Positions 14,401 through 26,984 of a stretch of 64,000 nucleotides of DNA are shown piece by piece. The notes beneath the pieces are model-generated. The model was not told where the DNA came from and made no database searches. It was given only the letters and a program-made list of their open reading frames with translations. Each line of letters starts with the position of its first letter. Positions within the stretch are counted from its first letter, which is position 1. Made by a program: the position numbers and the translations under genes. Origin of the DNA: Lobosporangium transversale (taxonomy: Eukaryota); contig NW_019028979.1 of assembly GCF_002105155.1 (NCBI RefSeq), forward strand, positions 62,001-126,000, read 5' to 3'.

Positions 14401-16312
14401 GAATGGTACTTCTTTCACAGCTTCGCCTGTGACCTCTCCAGGCGGTAGCGCATTTGATCCATTCCATTATCAACAGTTCTTGAACTTGAACCGGCCGCAG
14501 TCTATGGCAGGAAGCCTCTTTAATTTCGCACTCAATGGTGGAGCCTTCTCTCCGTTTACTTCTGGCGATCATAGCAAGGAAAGCTCCTATGCGACACTAA
14601 GAGGAACAAGTGCAGCGAACGCGCTACAATATCATCACCAGCAGCAGCAACAGATCCTTCAACAGCAACTTAAGAACCGACCCCCCTCATGGATGACTGG
14701 CGCTTCAACAGGACGTCCTGGCATTGATAGGACCCTTTCTGGTTCAGCTTTTGATGCTTTATGGTTCATGAAGGGTAACAATGGTGGTTACGGAGGAGGC
14801 GACCAGAACAAGCCACGCAGATCCGCTATTGAAGTTGTCTCTGCTCCATTCTCTTCAGCACACGGAGATGGTGAAGGCAAGAGGAAGAATGCAGAGGACG
14901 ACAGTGAAAGCTCAGGATCTGCAGCTTCATCGCTTTACTCATCTTCCTCAAGTACTAACCTCAGTAACCTTGTTGCTACCACTGCCACTGGCTCTGAAAG
15001 CAACGGTGGCGATAATAAGAATAGTCAAAATCAGGATAACAATAACAGTGGTAACAGTTATAACAGCAAGCAGACCTTGAGCCGTGCCTCCGGATACATC
15101 CTGCCTTCCAGCAATAATTCGACAATGATGATGACGGGAACCCTACGAAATGGATCAGACTGGGTGCGAGATGAGGATGCAGCTGTCTGTATGGTATGCT
15201 CAGTTACCAAGTTTGGAGTTTTGGTCCGCAAGCATCACTGCCGATTGTGTGGCCGAGTTATCTGCTGGAAGTGTTGTCAAATGAAAGGCGTAGCCCTGGT
15301 TGGTGATGTCTCTGCAGGAAACATGATTCCGTCTGAACTTCGTAAACCCATTCGTGTATGCCTTGATTGTATTGAGCAAGATGCACTCCAAGATCAACAC
15401 CAACAAAAGCAGCAGCCGCAACCACAGCAGCCACAACAACCAGAGCAATCACAACAGCAGCATTCTCCGGTCTCGACCTCTTTCCCATTTCAAGGAGTTT
15501 TTGGTCGTTTGATGAGCTCTACAAGCACAAGCCCACAACTTGTCACTTCGATCTCTAATACATCGGCTAACAGTACAGTCGCGATGTCTCAAGCTCATTC
15601 ACAGATGCCATTTTATCCACGTGGAGGCCATGGCCGAACTGGACGCTCATATCCGCATCATCATCGCGCCTCATTCTACAGAATTGACGTGGAACGTGTT
15701 GGCGAAGAGGACGAGGAAGAACAGGAGGAGCAGGAAGGAAAGGAGAGCGAAGAAGATCGAGGGCAAAGCCAAGGCGAAAGTAAAGGCAACGAGCGAGCCA
15801 ATGTAGGGGATCAAGGAATAACAACAGGTGCAATCGAAGGGGCTGAAGGATCTTCCGCTGCTTTTGGTTTAGAGGCTATGGAGAGCACTGATGGATTACG
15901 ACCTAATCGGAACTCTGTCATAAAATCAAATCATAGCACTCTTCGACTTAAGGATTTAGATCCTGCTGACATTAATGAGGATGAAGTCAACAACCAGATT
16001 TTGACACTAGAGTCTGAAGTTCAAGATCTCCTGATTCAAAACGCACCACTGATGTTTGGTGCTGCAACCAGTAGTCAGAATGCTCGAGGTGGAAGGAGCA
16101 GTGGGGCCGCAGCATCAGCAAGCAAGACACGCGTCATACGCGGTATACCAAAGGAGCTGCTCCAGGGAGCGGCAGAAACAGCAGTGGCTTTAGAGGATAG
16201 CAAGGTCGACGTGATAGTAGACGAGGATGGATGTGTAGAAGAGGAAGAAAAGACAATAGAGGAGTTACTGGCGGAACAGGACGAGCAACTCAAGCATTTT
16301 CTAACGCGATAG
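11477..16312 (+). CDS. Large PH + FYVE domain protein (phafin/PLEKHF-like core). Exons 11477-13231, 13338-13421, 13569-13965, 14106-16312
   Basis: FYVE motif WVRD..C..C...RKHHCRLCGRVICWKC...RVCLDC. PH-like segments PLIANGRILI..LYLFSDVLVTG and, after an insertion, RDSFLALINETI. Splice phases are consistent. Confidence 0.8.
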
Positions 16313-16483
16313 GAGATAAAAATTTATTACCGATTTATTAATTGTTATTCATTGATCTAATACATGCACATTAAAGTAATATAATTCATCCTTGTAGATG
16401 TTCATAAATACATATTGATACACTTTATTGCCCTAATCCTCTACTCAGCATTTCTATAACGATATATTCACTTCTGCTGATGT

Positions 16484-18030
16484 CTACTGTGTCCGTGAGT
16501 TTCCATTATTAACGTTGTTACTATCCGATTGATTGTTCGCACCATCACTGTTGTCTTTGGATGATGCATTGGGTTTTTTGGTATGTGTCAGTACTGCACG
16601 CCGTTTCTTATCTTCAAGGACCTGTGCCTGCCGGCGCTCTAATTCTGCAGCCTCTGCGATTGTCCTTTTGAGTAAATCCTTAAGCTGTATAGTCACGTTC
16701 CGAACCAGCAAGAATGCATCACCTCGCAAAAGACTTGTTTTGAATCTCTCTAGTCCACGCTTTTGTGTTCCATTAGTCCATGATTCAAGATAAAGATTTC
16801 CGACTCGATATGTAGGCGAAAAGGTTCGGTGTAAGAACGCAGTAGTTTGGGACCAGATCTGACTAAATTCCTGGCTAGTTGAAAATAAAAGTGCAGAGGT
16901 TGATATTCCTGCACCAACGTATGCTGTATTCTGAGGTTTTAGATTGTTTTTCGAATCAGACCCTCCAGAAGATGATGAAGTTGATGAAGACGATGAATTA
17001 GAGGAAGAAGAAGAGGAAGCTGATGATGATGACTCCTCGGATTCGCCCTTCGTCCTAGTTGATACGGTTATAGAGGACAATGAAATATTGGAGCGCATAA
17101 ACGACGTAGGCATAGTAGGTTTTGATTTAGAGGTCGGTGCACGCAAATGAGAAGGGATTGATGAGCAAAGATTTTCACGACTGATGCTATTGCTATTGTT
17201 GTGGGTATCCATGTTTGTACTTGTCTCATTGCCTAAATTAGATGAGTCTCTATGAGCCGAGTGGTTTCGAGAATGATATCTGTGGGCAGAAGCATGTGAC
17301 GAAGACGAGTCAGAGTTTGCTGATTGTGGAGGTTGGCTGGTCTCTTCTATCCCCTGTTTGAAACATCGAATGATTGGGACTGAAGGACATTGTGCGCCAG
17401 CTAATATTTTATCCATATCCAATCGAAAAAACACGAGGGAATGAGAAAAAAGGACAATAAAGGGTTAGTAGCTTCATAGGATTAATGCATCATGGGGTAG
17501 AATAGCAACTGAAGGAATAAAAATGTTTTTAAACGAAATTGTGTATCATTCAAGATAGAGTCAACAGGTATCGACTTCAAGTCATAGCTCCATTTTTAAT
17601 TTTTTAATTTTTAATTATATTTTAAACACGTACCTTGTCTATAAGTGATGGGATCTGAACTGTCCAAAGAAAGGCTTAGAAGCATTGGTTCTTGGACAAA
17701 GCGACTACTCATACCAAGTCGAGTAGAAATGCAGCTGGAAGGAGCTATTGCAGCTGTCTGAAGAAGCCGATGTAGCCGGTCGAAAGTATGGTTGCGTGTT
17801 GCGATAAGAGTTGATTGATATCGGTCATTGAAATGATGTAAGTAGCGTTGATTGGCTTCAGACATTAGAGAATTAAGCTTGGTCTTGGCTCCAGGCTCTG
17901 AAGTTGAAATGGCGAGTTGACAGGCATAGTTAATCCAGTCATTTGATCCGAAAGACCTGGAATTGTCTTGACTTGACTGAGCATGAGAATGAATGCTAGC
18001 ATTAGTACTATTCGTCCTGTTAGTGCCCAT
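16484..18030 (-). CDS. Uncharacterised Ser-rich protein, 2 exons (approx 18030-17633 and 17400-16484)
   Basis: Two long ORFs on the same strand separated by a GT-AG intron. The C-terminal block (WSQTTAFLHRTF...GDAFLLVR) looks folded, but I do not recognise the family. Confidence 0.6.
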
Positions 18031-18864
18031 CGTGAGTAAAAAGTTAAAATTGAAAGACAAGAAAGGAAGTAATGGAAATTTGGAAAGCAAAAAAGAAATG
18101 AAGGATGGGAAATGGGAACTAAGAGTAAAAAGAGTGACAGCCCTGAGAAAAAAGAAAAGCTCTCATTTGATTGGATAAAAAAGGAAAAATGGAGAGAGGT
18201 CATAAGACAGCTCCACTTGCACTTCGCGTATCCCAAGCTGGAAATACATTGTTGCATTTCACATGGCGACTAAACGATAAGACAGAGTAGTTGGTACATT
18301 GGAGAAGGCCAGCTTCGGTCCAATCATACTCTACACCCGCACGCCAAAACAGCACTTCGAAGTAGGCGAAACACATAGTGTCAATTCTAAATACCTTGAG
18401 GAAATTAGGCTACCTATTTCTGAGCCGCTCCAGCTTCTTCTGAACTTCTGATAATGCTTGGAAGCGAATAAAACTGACTGTGGAGTTGATACTACTTTAC
18501 CGAGACAGGACACGCCCGTGCTATTTCTGCAAAGTCCATGGCATCGCTACGGGTTACAGAAGATGGCTTCTTTAATGGGAAAACTGAGAATAGTACAGGG
18601 GGCACCTGGCAAAAAAAAAATTAGTGTTGCAAAGCTGCTGTTGTTGTCGAAACAACCTTGTCAGGATCAATGCCTACTACCGAGGCGACCGCGCGATTCC
18701 TAGATAATACAGCTCAAGGAGAAGTCAATAAAAAAGAAGCCATATTGAGTGATAAAAAAAAAAAAAAAAAAAAAGCGTAGCGAAGCAGTCCTCATGAAAG
18801 TGTAATTACATAAACCAATGTTTGCAGTACATTGCACATTTAGAGAAAACAAGCACAGTAACTC

Positions 18865-20422
18865 ATGGATCCAGAGGAGGAATTATTCCCGTTTGAAACA
18901 GAGGAAGAAGAATTAGTCGTCTCTGAAAGTGCCATCCGACCACCCTCAGGAACAGACAAGGCTTTGCTAAAATCATATACCTATACGACTCCATTGCCTA
19001 CATTACTTGAACCGGATCAGGAATGCATCCTTGGCGTAGACGAGGCTGGGAGAGGACCCGTTTTGGGACCCATGGTGTATGGTATCTGCTACTGTCCACT
19101 GTCCAAAGCAGATGAGTTAGCAGGCCTTGGCTTTGCAGGTATGGGCTACTACCCCACCTCTTCCACGGCTGCAGATCGCTTAATCCCATAGTCTTGAACA
19201 AGCTCGCCTTTTAACTATTCAATATATCACCTACTTGCACCCTCCAAATATACCCTAGATTCTAAAACTCTCAAAGAGCACGAGAGAGACAATTTGCTAG
19301 AAGTTATTACATCACGGCCAGATTTGATCGGATGGAGCGTTCGGATCCTTTCACCCATGGATATCTCAAATAGTATGCTCCGAAAGTAAGAATCCTTTTA
19401 TTTAAGCACAAAAAGTTCTCTAGATCATCTTCTGGATCGGATGATCACTAAGCACCACTACATTACTAGGGAGAAATACAATTTGAACGCACTAGCTCAT
19501 GATACGACAATCCAGCTCATCCGTGAAACTCTAGCCTCTGGAGTGAATGTGAAAGAAGTACGAGCCGGCAATTTCTTCGAATTGACTAATCATCACAATA
19601 TTTATTGCTTGCAAATACCATCAGAGGTATGGAGCAGCTAACGTCACTCTGAACATCATCATCAAAATGACTTTTGAATTAGGTCTACGTCGACACAGTG
19701 GGACCACCAGAAACATATCAGAAAAAACTGGAGGGACTGTTTCCATCTATATCCAAGATTGTTGTTGCTAAGAAAGCTGATTCCAAATTCCCTATTGTCT
19801 CTGCTGCCAGTATTTGTGCCAAAGTCACACGCGATGATGTTCTAAAACATTGGATCTTTGCAGAAACAGGAATGGATGATACAATATCTCGTCAATTCGG
19901 ATCTGGATATCCATCTGGTAAACATCCTTACCACAACAACAAAAAAGAAAGATGAAATTAGGGAAATACATCTGTCTGCTAGTTTTTGATGTGACATCGT
20001 GATGTATTGATATGGCTCCTTCATAGATCCCAAGACTGTTTCGTGGCTCAAAGCAAACATGGATCCAATATTTGGGTATCCAAACATTGTGCGCTTCAGC
20101 TGGCAGACCTGCAAAACGTTGTTGGAGACATCAGGAAAGACTGTTCGCTGGTAAGTATTTATATTTATGCGCAAATGCTTAATATTGGAGTGCACCAACA
20201 ATAGCTGATCTTATTTTTGATATCACGTTGGTGAGTAGGCCTGATGATGATGAGAGTCGTTCGCAGCCCAGGATTACCGCGCTATTTGGCCAGGCTGGGG
20301 GGGACACAGTAGAGTTGACAAAGCAGAAGCGAAAGTACTCTACGTTTGCTTCAAAAACAAATCCTCGACCCCGTCCACAGCTCATGCAAGACATGGCCTT
20401 GAAGAACGTGATTGATTTTTAA
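18865..20422 (+). CDS. RNH201: Ribonuclease H2 catalytic subunit A, 6 exons
   Basis: Motifs [62 protein letters not shown] and [11 protein letters not shown]. Confidence 0.96.
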
Positions 20423-20497
20423 ACAGCCAAATAAAGTTAATAGGCATCTAATAGCCACCTTTTTTTATTATTCATTCTTGTTCATGGAGTGCCACTA

Positions 20498-23400
20498 ATG
20501 CCACCAGAACAGTCGAATCCACGAGGGGCATATGCTCGCCAAGGAGGAGGAGGAAGAGGAGGGTGGGGCTACTTCCGGGGACGTGGTCGGGGGAAGCGAC
20601 ATGGTGGTGATGGTAGTTGGTTCAATGAGAATGGTAGCGGCAGGAATAATTTGTACCCTGGCCGTTCACAGAATCCCGATGCAAACGAACAAAACGGAAA
20701 TAAACGCTGGCAGAGGCCCAGAACTTCAGCTCCTAAAAACCAGAATCAGGATCAGGATGAAGATGGTATTGTCCCTGATGTCAACACTATAATGGTGCAG
20801 GCGAATGAAATACCTGCAGCGGCGTTGCAGATACAACGTACGGCGCCACCAATGTCAAAACATGTTGTTAGTTGCCCATGGAAGGACTGGGACGTATATT
20901 TTCCACAGGAAGGTAAATTAAACCGAACCGTGGAAGCCTATCGTTCTATTCTTTTTTTCCCTTAGCGGGCATGGAGCATTAGCTGTCATAACATGTTGAC
21001 CCTTTGTAATCTTTGTTGTAGTCTACCATTCCCAACATGAATTTCTTCCATGGATTGCTGAGTTCAAGAGATATATTCAAGACTATCATCTTTATAGACT
21101 CAATAAGGTGCATATACTTGCTTTTATTTATAAGAAAGGCTAAAACTTCGGTAGATAATGCTTCAACAGCTCACATGGCTTTTATGGAGCACGTTGCATA
21201 TTTTAGGAGCATCAATGTGCTATCGCACAACGAAGGGTCTTGGTTGTGAACCTCAAGAATTTGGTTCAAGCATGTAAAATTGAGGATCTGATGAAGCTTA
21301 TAGTTGAACGGCCTACAGATATTATTGGCTGTATTACCTTGGCTGCCATTCAGGTAAAGCACACTAAATAAAGGTTACGGCATCGCGGTTCATATTATCA
21401 GGACGACTAGCATTAACTTCGCAACACTACACATAAACAGGCTATTTTTGGTGAAGAAGCAACGAAGACGACCCAACAAAAGCGATTTACAGTGCGGTTC
21501 GCCTGTTTCGACAAGATTACACGTGGCAAGGATCTGAAAGCGGACCTTATTGGTATGATATGAATCAAAGGAAGGGCATGCTGATTAGTATTCATCGTAG
21601 AGTATATGGATATGGTTGAGAGGCACGACGTGATACTGACTTCTGTCACCGTGTCACATATTTTGTGTTGCTACTTTTCTCAGGGAAAATGGTTTGTGTA
21701 CGGGGGACCGTTGTTCGAACTTCTGGGGTGAAGCCTCTTGCTATAAAAATGGCGTTTACTTGCAATACCTGCCAAGCAGTTCAGACAGTGGAATTTAAAG
21801 ACGCAAGATATGAAGAACCAACAAGATGCCTCCAAGTTGGTTGCAGGAGCGGGAAATTTACGCCGCAGCGTGGAATTGACTATGAGACAGAGACTGTCGA
21901 CTGGCAAGTCATTCGGTGAGAAAACTGATACTGTATGAGGCATGTGTTTGAAGAGCTTTGGATTTTAGCGACAAACCCCCCCTATTAATTATGCCTGCAT
22001 TCATTGCTATTAGATTACAAGAGAAACTCCCAGATGACAGATTGGACTCTGGCAGGGTCCCAAGGTCGATTGAATGTGAAGTTATAAACGATCTTGTGGA
22101 CCGTGTCATTCCAGGAGATGTCGTAGAGATCACTGGGATTGTCAAGGTTGCTCAAACCGAAAAAGGTTCGAATTTTAGCTTGTTCTGCAATAATGAAGAC
22201 TGAAATCGACATAGTAGATCTATGGCATGGCTGACAAATAGAGTTTTCGTTTGGTGCATAGCATATCATTCCCGAACAAGAACTGGAAACACTATGTATT
22301 TGCTTTATATTGACGTCAACTACCTACAAAAGTCCAGTATGACCACTGTGGATGAGGAAGAAAACGATCAAGATTATGACCCGAAAGGATCTTCCAAAGA
22401 CAGTAAGGACAGCATCCAGATCAATACTAGGGATCTCTACGCAATCGAAGACATTACTCGGGAGCCTCAGCTATTTAAGCTTATCGTCAATTCATTCTGT
22501 CCTCTAATTTTTGGTCATGAAATGGTCAAGGCCGGAATCCTATTTGCGCTCTTTGGTGGTAGAAGACGTGGCAACAGTGCGATAGACCGAACTGTCACTC
22601 GTGCAGATCCCCATGTTTTGGTCGTTGGAGATCCCGGTCTAGGAAAGTCTCAAATGCTATCTGCAGCTGTGAAGGTAGCTCCTCGTGGTGTTTACGTCTG
22701 CGGGAGTAGTGGAGTATCTACTGGCGGATTAACTGTAACACTAGTCAGAGGTTCGGGGTCTGATTTTGCGCTTGAGGCAGGAGCTTTGGTTCTAGGTGAT
22801 CAAGGATGTTGCTGCATTGATGAGTTTGACAAGATGACAACAGATCATAATGCCTTGTTAGAGGCAATGGAACAACAGTCGATCAGCATTGCCAAGGCAG
22901 GAGTCCTTTGTACATTGCCTGCTAGAACCAGTGTAATTGCTGCTGCAAACCCAAAGGGTGGTCATTATAACACTGCCAAGTCAGTGGCAGAGAACCTGAA
23001 GATGAATGGTGCACTATTGTCTCGTTTCGACCTGATTTTTATCCTGATGGACAAACCTGATAGCGAAATGGATAAATATCTCTCTAGGCATGTGATGGCT
23101 TTACATGCAGGACATGCAGCAGACAAGCGAGCTCTTAGGCCTACCTCCTCTCAAGATAGTGAAATGGATCGGTCGCACCCCTCGGAATCGAGCGACACTA
23201 AAGCAAGAATGAGTGACCCTTTATCGGAACGTCTAAAGATGACAAAGGAAGATGATTTGCAGCTCATTGCTCAACCGCTCTTGAGAAAATACATTGCTTA
23301 TGCTCGTCAATATGTGCATCCAAGGCTCTCGCCGGAGGCGGCTGCAATCCTACAGGACTACTATCTTGCTCTTCGTGAGCGACATCGATCACCAGATGGC

Positions 23401-24021
23401 ACACCAGTGACGACGCGGCAATTAGAATCTCTAATCCGAATGGCTGAGGCAAAAGCAAGGATAGAGTTACGCGAGCTTGTAACAAAGAGAGACGCAATGG
23501 ATGTTGTGGAGATCATGTAAGTGATTTTAGAGCCGCCAGGGCGTTGTTGTTACTTATTATTTCTCTACGAGTTCTTCACTCATGTACTTCTGAAATATAT
23601 GTTTATAATCTCGTTTTCTGCATTATTCAGGACGTTCAGCTTGCGTGATGCATTCGGGTCAGGGCAGGGTCTTGGCCCCAGTCAAGGTCAAGGATCATCT
23701 GGTCGCGGAAAAGGAGCTGCTATAAAAAGGTAATGCTTTTTTTTTTTCTTTTTTTTCCTCACCATCAATAAAAATCTGACGTTTTTTTTTTCTTTTTCCG
23801 ACATTATCGTGAAAAATGATAGATATGTCGCTCAGTTGCAGAAGATCGCAAATGAAACATCAAGCAGCATGTTTTCTTACGAGCAATTGTATCGTACATT
23901 CCAGGACATGCAGTTTTCGGACATTACTGGCGGGTTTCAGGGGTTTATCGAAACTCTTAACAACCAAAACTTTCTGCTCAAAAAAGGATCGCGAACATAT
24001 CAGCTTACCATGGTCATGTAA
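20498..24021 (+). CDS. MCM8: MCM8 helicase (recombination repair/meiosis), multi-exon
   Basis: RGG-rich N-terminus, PWKDWDVYF, Zn finger CNTC...CLQVGC, Walker A GDPGLGKS, IDEFDKM, SRFD arginine finger and C-terminal LNNQNFLLKKG..YQL. These features fit MCM8 rather than MCM2-7 or MCM9. Confidence 0.92.
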
Positions 24022-24101
24022 ATACACCTAGACATCCAGAGCAATAAAAAATAAAAACACTAGGGCCTATCAATCTTGAAAGAGGAAATATCGTCTGCTT
24101 C

Positions 24102-24170
24102 GTTTACTCAGTACAGTAATGCATTTCATCACATGGGTTTACTCAGTACAGTAATGCATTTCATCGCATG
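24102..24170. repeat. 35-bp-period tandem duplication (2 copies, 1 mismatch) next to the Tc1 element
   Basis: gtttactcagtacagtaatgcatttcatc(a/g)catg at 24102 and 24137. Confidence 0.95.
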
Positions 24171-24206
24171 TGTGAAGAAAGTATATAAATAAATAGCCTC
24201 AATGTA

Positions 24207-25543
24207 CAGTCACCTAGAAATAAAGTTTGGACAAAATGGATTTTCTTGATTTTTTTTTGAACAACCTGGACAAACAGCTCATATGCAACATACATAAAGA
24301 CTTCATCAATACACATGAAATTTTACATGCTCACTAAAGAGGTCAATACTGTTATTTATTGGGGTTTTGAAGACGGCATTGTTAGAGTAGCAAAAGTGCC
24401 ATGTAGGTTCAATAGTGAGTGTTCCTACCATCGACCCCATTCACTTCTTCCAGCCTTTCGGGCATGGTAGCGACAAGGCTGGCCAGCCTCTCTTGCGGTA
24501 AATTATTCCACTCTTCGATAAGAGCCCGTGTGAGAGTGGGAAGATCTCTTGGCCCTTTAGCGCGCCTATCGAGTGCATCCGCAAGAAGTGACCATACATG
24601 TTCAATAGAGTTCAAATCTGGGGAGCATGAAGGCCAGTCTGGAATCCTCGGGATGCTGTTTTTTTCGCGCCATTCTTTTGCAATCTTACAAGTATGAACT
24701 GGAGCATTATCCTCCATAAGTATGCCATCCCCTACCTCAGCCATAAATCTGGCTAGCTCGCCTTGATATACATCTTCCACGAAACACCGTCCATCTTTAC
24801 GACCTCTTTCAAATACAACCAACCGAGACTTTCTGGTTGCTGTGAACGCCCCCCAGACCATCAGAGTTGTTCTACCACTTTTGAAAGTGGGTGGGAGGCA
24901 ATCATGATCGTACTTTTCCTCTACTTTACGCCAAACTCTTATTTGACGAAAATGCTCACCAACTTCAAATGATGATTCGTCAGTCCAAACTACCCGATTC
25001 CAGTCTTCCATGGACCAACTCATATATTTTTTGACAAACTGCAGCCTCCTTTTTATATGTCCTTCTTTTAAGAATGGTTTTTTTACTGCAATCCGGCTGA
25101 AAATACCCAGTGAATGCAATGCCTTCGCAACTGTCCTCTCGCAAACTTTGTTCGGCAATTGGTTAGTGATATCATTAAGAGTACACCTTCTATTCTGCTT
25201 AGTATGGCGAACGATGCTCCTGAGGTCCCGTTCACTTAGTACTTTGGGCCGTCCTGGGATCGGAGTGCAAGCAGTGGTGCCTCTTTCTTGGTACACCCTG
25301 ATAATATTAATAACAGAGGTTCGGGGTACACCGCGTTGCAATGCGATTTCCGCAGCCTTCATGCCCGCGAGGTGCATTCCAACGATGATACCTTTATTCT
25401 CAATGTCTAAGTGTCTCGCCATGGTGGTTTACTCAAGCTGTTTGTATGTGAAAAACAGGAAGGAAAGAGATTGAAGGAAACGCTTCCCTACGTAACTATT
25501 TCAATATTTTATTTTTTTGTCCAATCTTTGTTTCAGGTGACTG
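24207..25543 (-). mobile_element. Full-length Tc1/mariner DNA transposon (1337 bp) with imperfect ~30-bp TIRs and TA target-site duplication
   Basis: Left end TA|CAGTCACCTAGAAATAAAGTTTGGACAAAA. Right end reverse complement TA|CAGTCACCTGAAACAAAGATTGGACAAAA. The ends enclose a transposase ORF. Confidence 0.95.
24409..25422 (-). CDS. Tc1-family DDE transposase, 337 aa, uninterrupted
   Basis: N-terminal HTH with GRPK; catalytic WTDES, EDNAPVH and SPDLNSIEHVW. Confidence 0.95.
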   Translation of the reverse strand: MARHLDIENKGIIVGMHLAGMKAAEIALQRGVPRTSVINIIRVYQERGTTACTPIPGRPKVLSERDLRSIVRHTKQNRRCTLNDITNQLPNKVCERTVAKALHSLGIFSRIAVKKPFLKEGHIKRRLQFVKKYMSWSMEDWNRVVWTDESSFEVGEHFRQIRVWRKVEEKYDHDCLPPTFKSGRTTLMVWGAFTATRKSRLVVFERGRKDGRCFVEDVYQGELARFMAEVGDGILMEDNAPVHTCKIAKEWREKNSIPRIPDWPSCSPDLNSIEHVWSLLADALDRRAKGPRDLPTLTRALIEEWNNLPQERLASLVATMPERLEEVNGVDGRNTHY

Positions 25544-25733
25544 TACATGTACAGTATACAAATCATCATTGGCCAAATGAGCGATTGTTGGGTGAGAAGT
25601 ATTAAACAAAATTTATCCGATCAGTGCTCACAGAACATCAAACGAACCGAGCATGCACTCAATAAGAACAGGGATGTGATGCTTTTCTTTCTCTCTCTTT
25701 CTCTCTATCTTAAAAACCAACGAAAATCTCGCC

Positions 25734-26944
25734 ATGACTCAGCCAAAGAAAGTTGTTCTCGTCACCGGTTGCACCACTGGAGGCATCGGTTATGAAGTTG
25801 CCAAGTCATTCGAAAGAGTAAATGATTCTGTTACATTTCACATTGAGTTCAACATGTATTATTGAAGATTCTAATAGTCAAAAAAAAAAATTCTTCCTTC
25901 TTTTTTACTTTACACTTGTAAATATACAACTAGAACGGATGCAGGGTTTATGCTGGGGCTAGACGCGTGGAAGCCATTACAAACATTGAAGGTATTAAGA
26001 AATAGCTTAATGGTATTAATTTCTGCTCAGGGGCTGCAACTAATGTATATTTTTTCGGCAACAGGACTTGATATTGAGAAAATCTATATTGATGTTGTGA
26101 ATGAGCAATCCATCAAAGAGGCTGTAGAGGTAATATACAATAACTATTCGAAATAGTCTTGTAGAGCTACTATTACTTTTGACTCTTTATTGTTCTTTTA
26201 CTAAAGTGTTTTATGTTGACCCAATTCCGATATTCTAATATAGCACATCATCACTAAGGAAGGCCGAATTGGTATGTGTTAAGGCAGAATAAAATGACAA
26301 AGTAAACTCTCAATATGTTAAAATTAAGCATTCAACCATATTCATATAACCATGTTTGTGTGCACTAGACATTTTATTCAACAATGCAGGAATAGGCCTT
26401 GCCTGCCCTATCATTGACATGTCTGTAAGCTTACTTGGGGTCATAGAGCAGTAAAAACCTACTGAGAAAATACTCAGCATATTCAACTTGTTAGAAAGAA
26501 AGGAATAAGTAATGGATTTGTAATACTGACTCCCTCTTTTTTTTTTTTTTTTTTTTTTTTTGCTGGTGTTACTGTTATTATCGTTATTTATCTGTAGGTC
26601 GAGCAAACTCGCCAATTGATTGATACCAATATCACTTCGGTAATCTTGACGTCTAAAGCAGTAGCGCCTCACATGATTCGTCAAGGATCTGGTTTGATTG
26701 CGAATGTTGGTTCTGCCACTGCATATTTATCTACACCTTGGGGTGGCCTTTATTCTGCTAGTAAAGCAGCTGTTCATTCTCTATCGGATGCCATGCGCCT
26801 GGAATTGGCACCATTTGGTGTTCATGTCTGTACTATAGTTCCAGGTGCTATCAAGTCCAATATTGGTGACAATAACTTGAAGAAATTTAGCCTTCCTGCA
26901 GGTTAGTACCTTTTACTAGGAATATCTGGATATACTTTGCAGTT

Positions 26945-26984
<40 letters not shown>

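Noticed and set aside
24102..24170. CRISPR-like repeat
   Set aside because: Only two adjacent copies with no spacer, in a eukaryotic context.
25010..25474. 154-aa plus-strand ORF
   Set aside because: Antisense shadow of the transposase.
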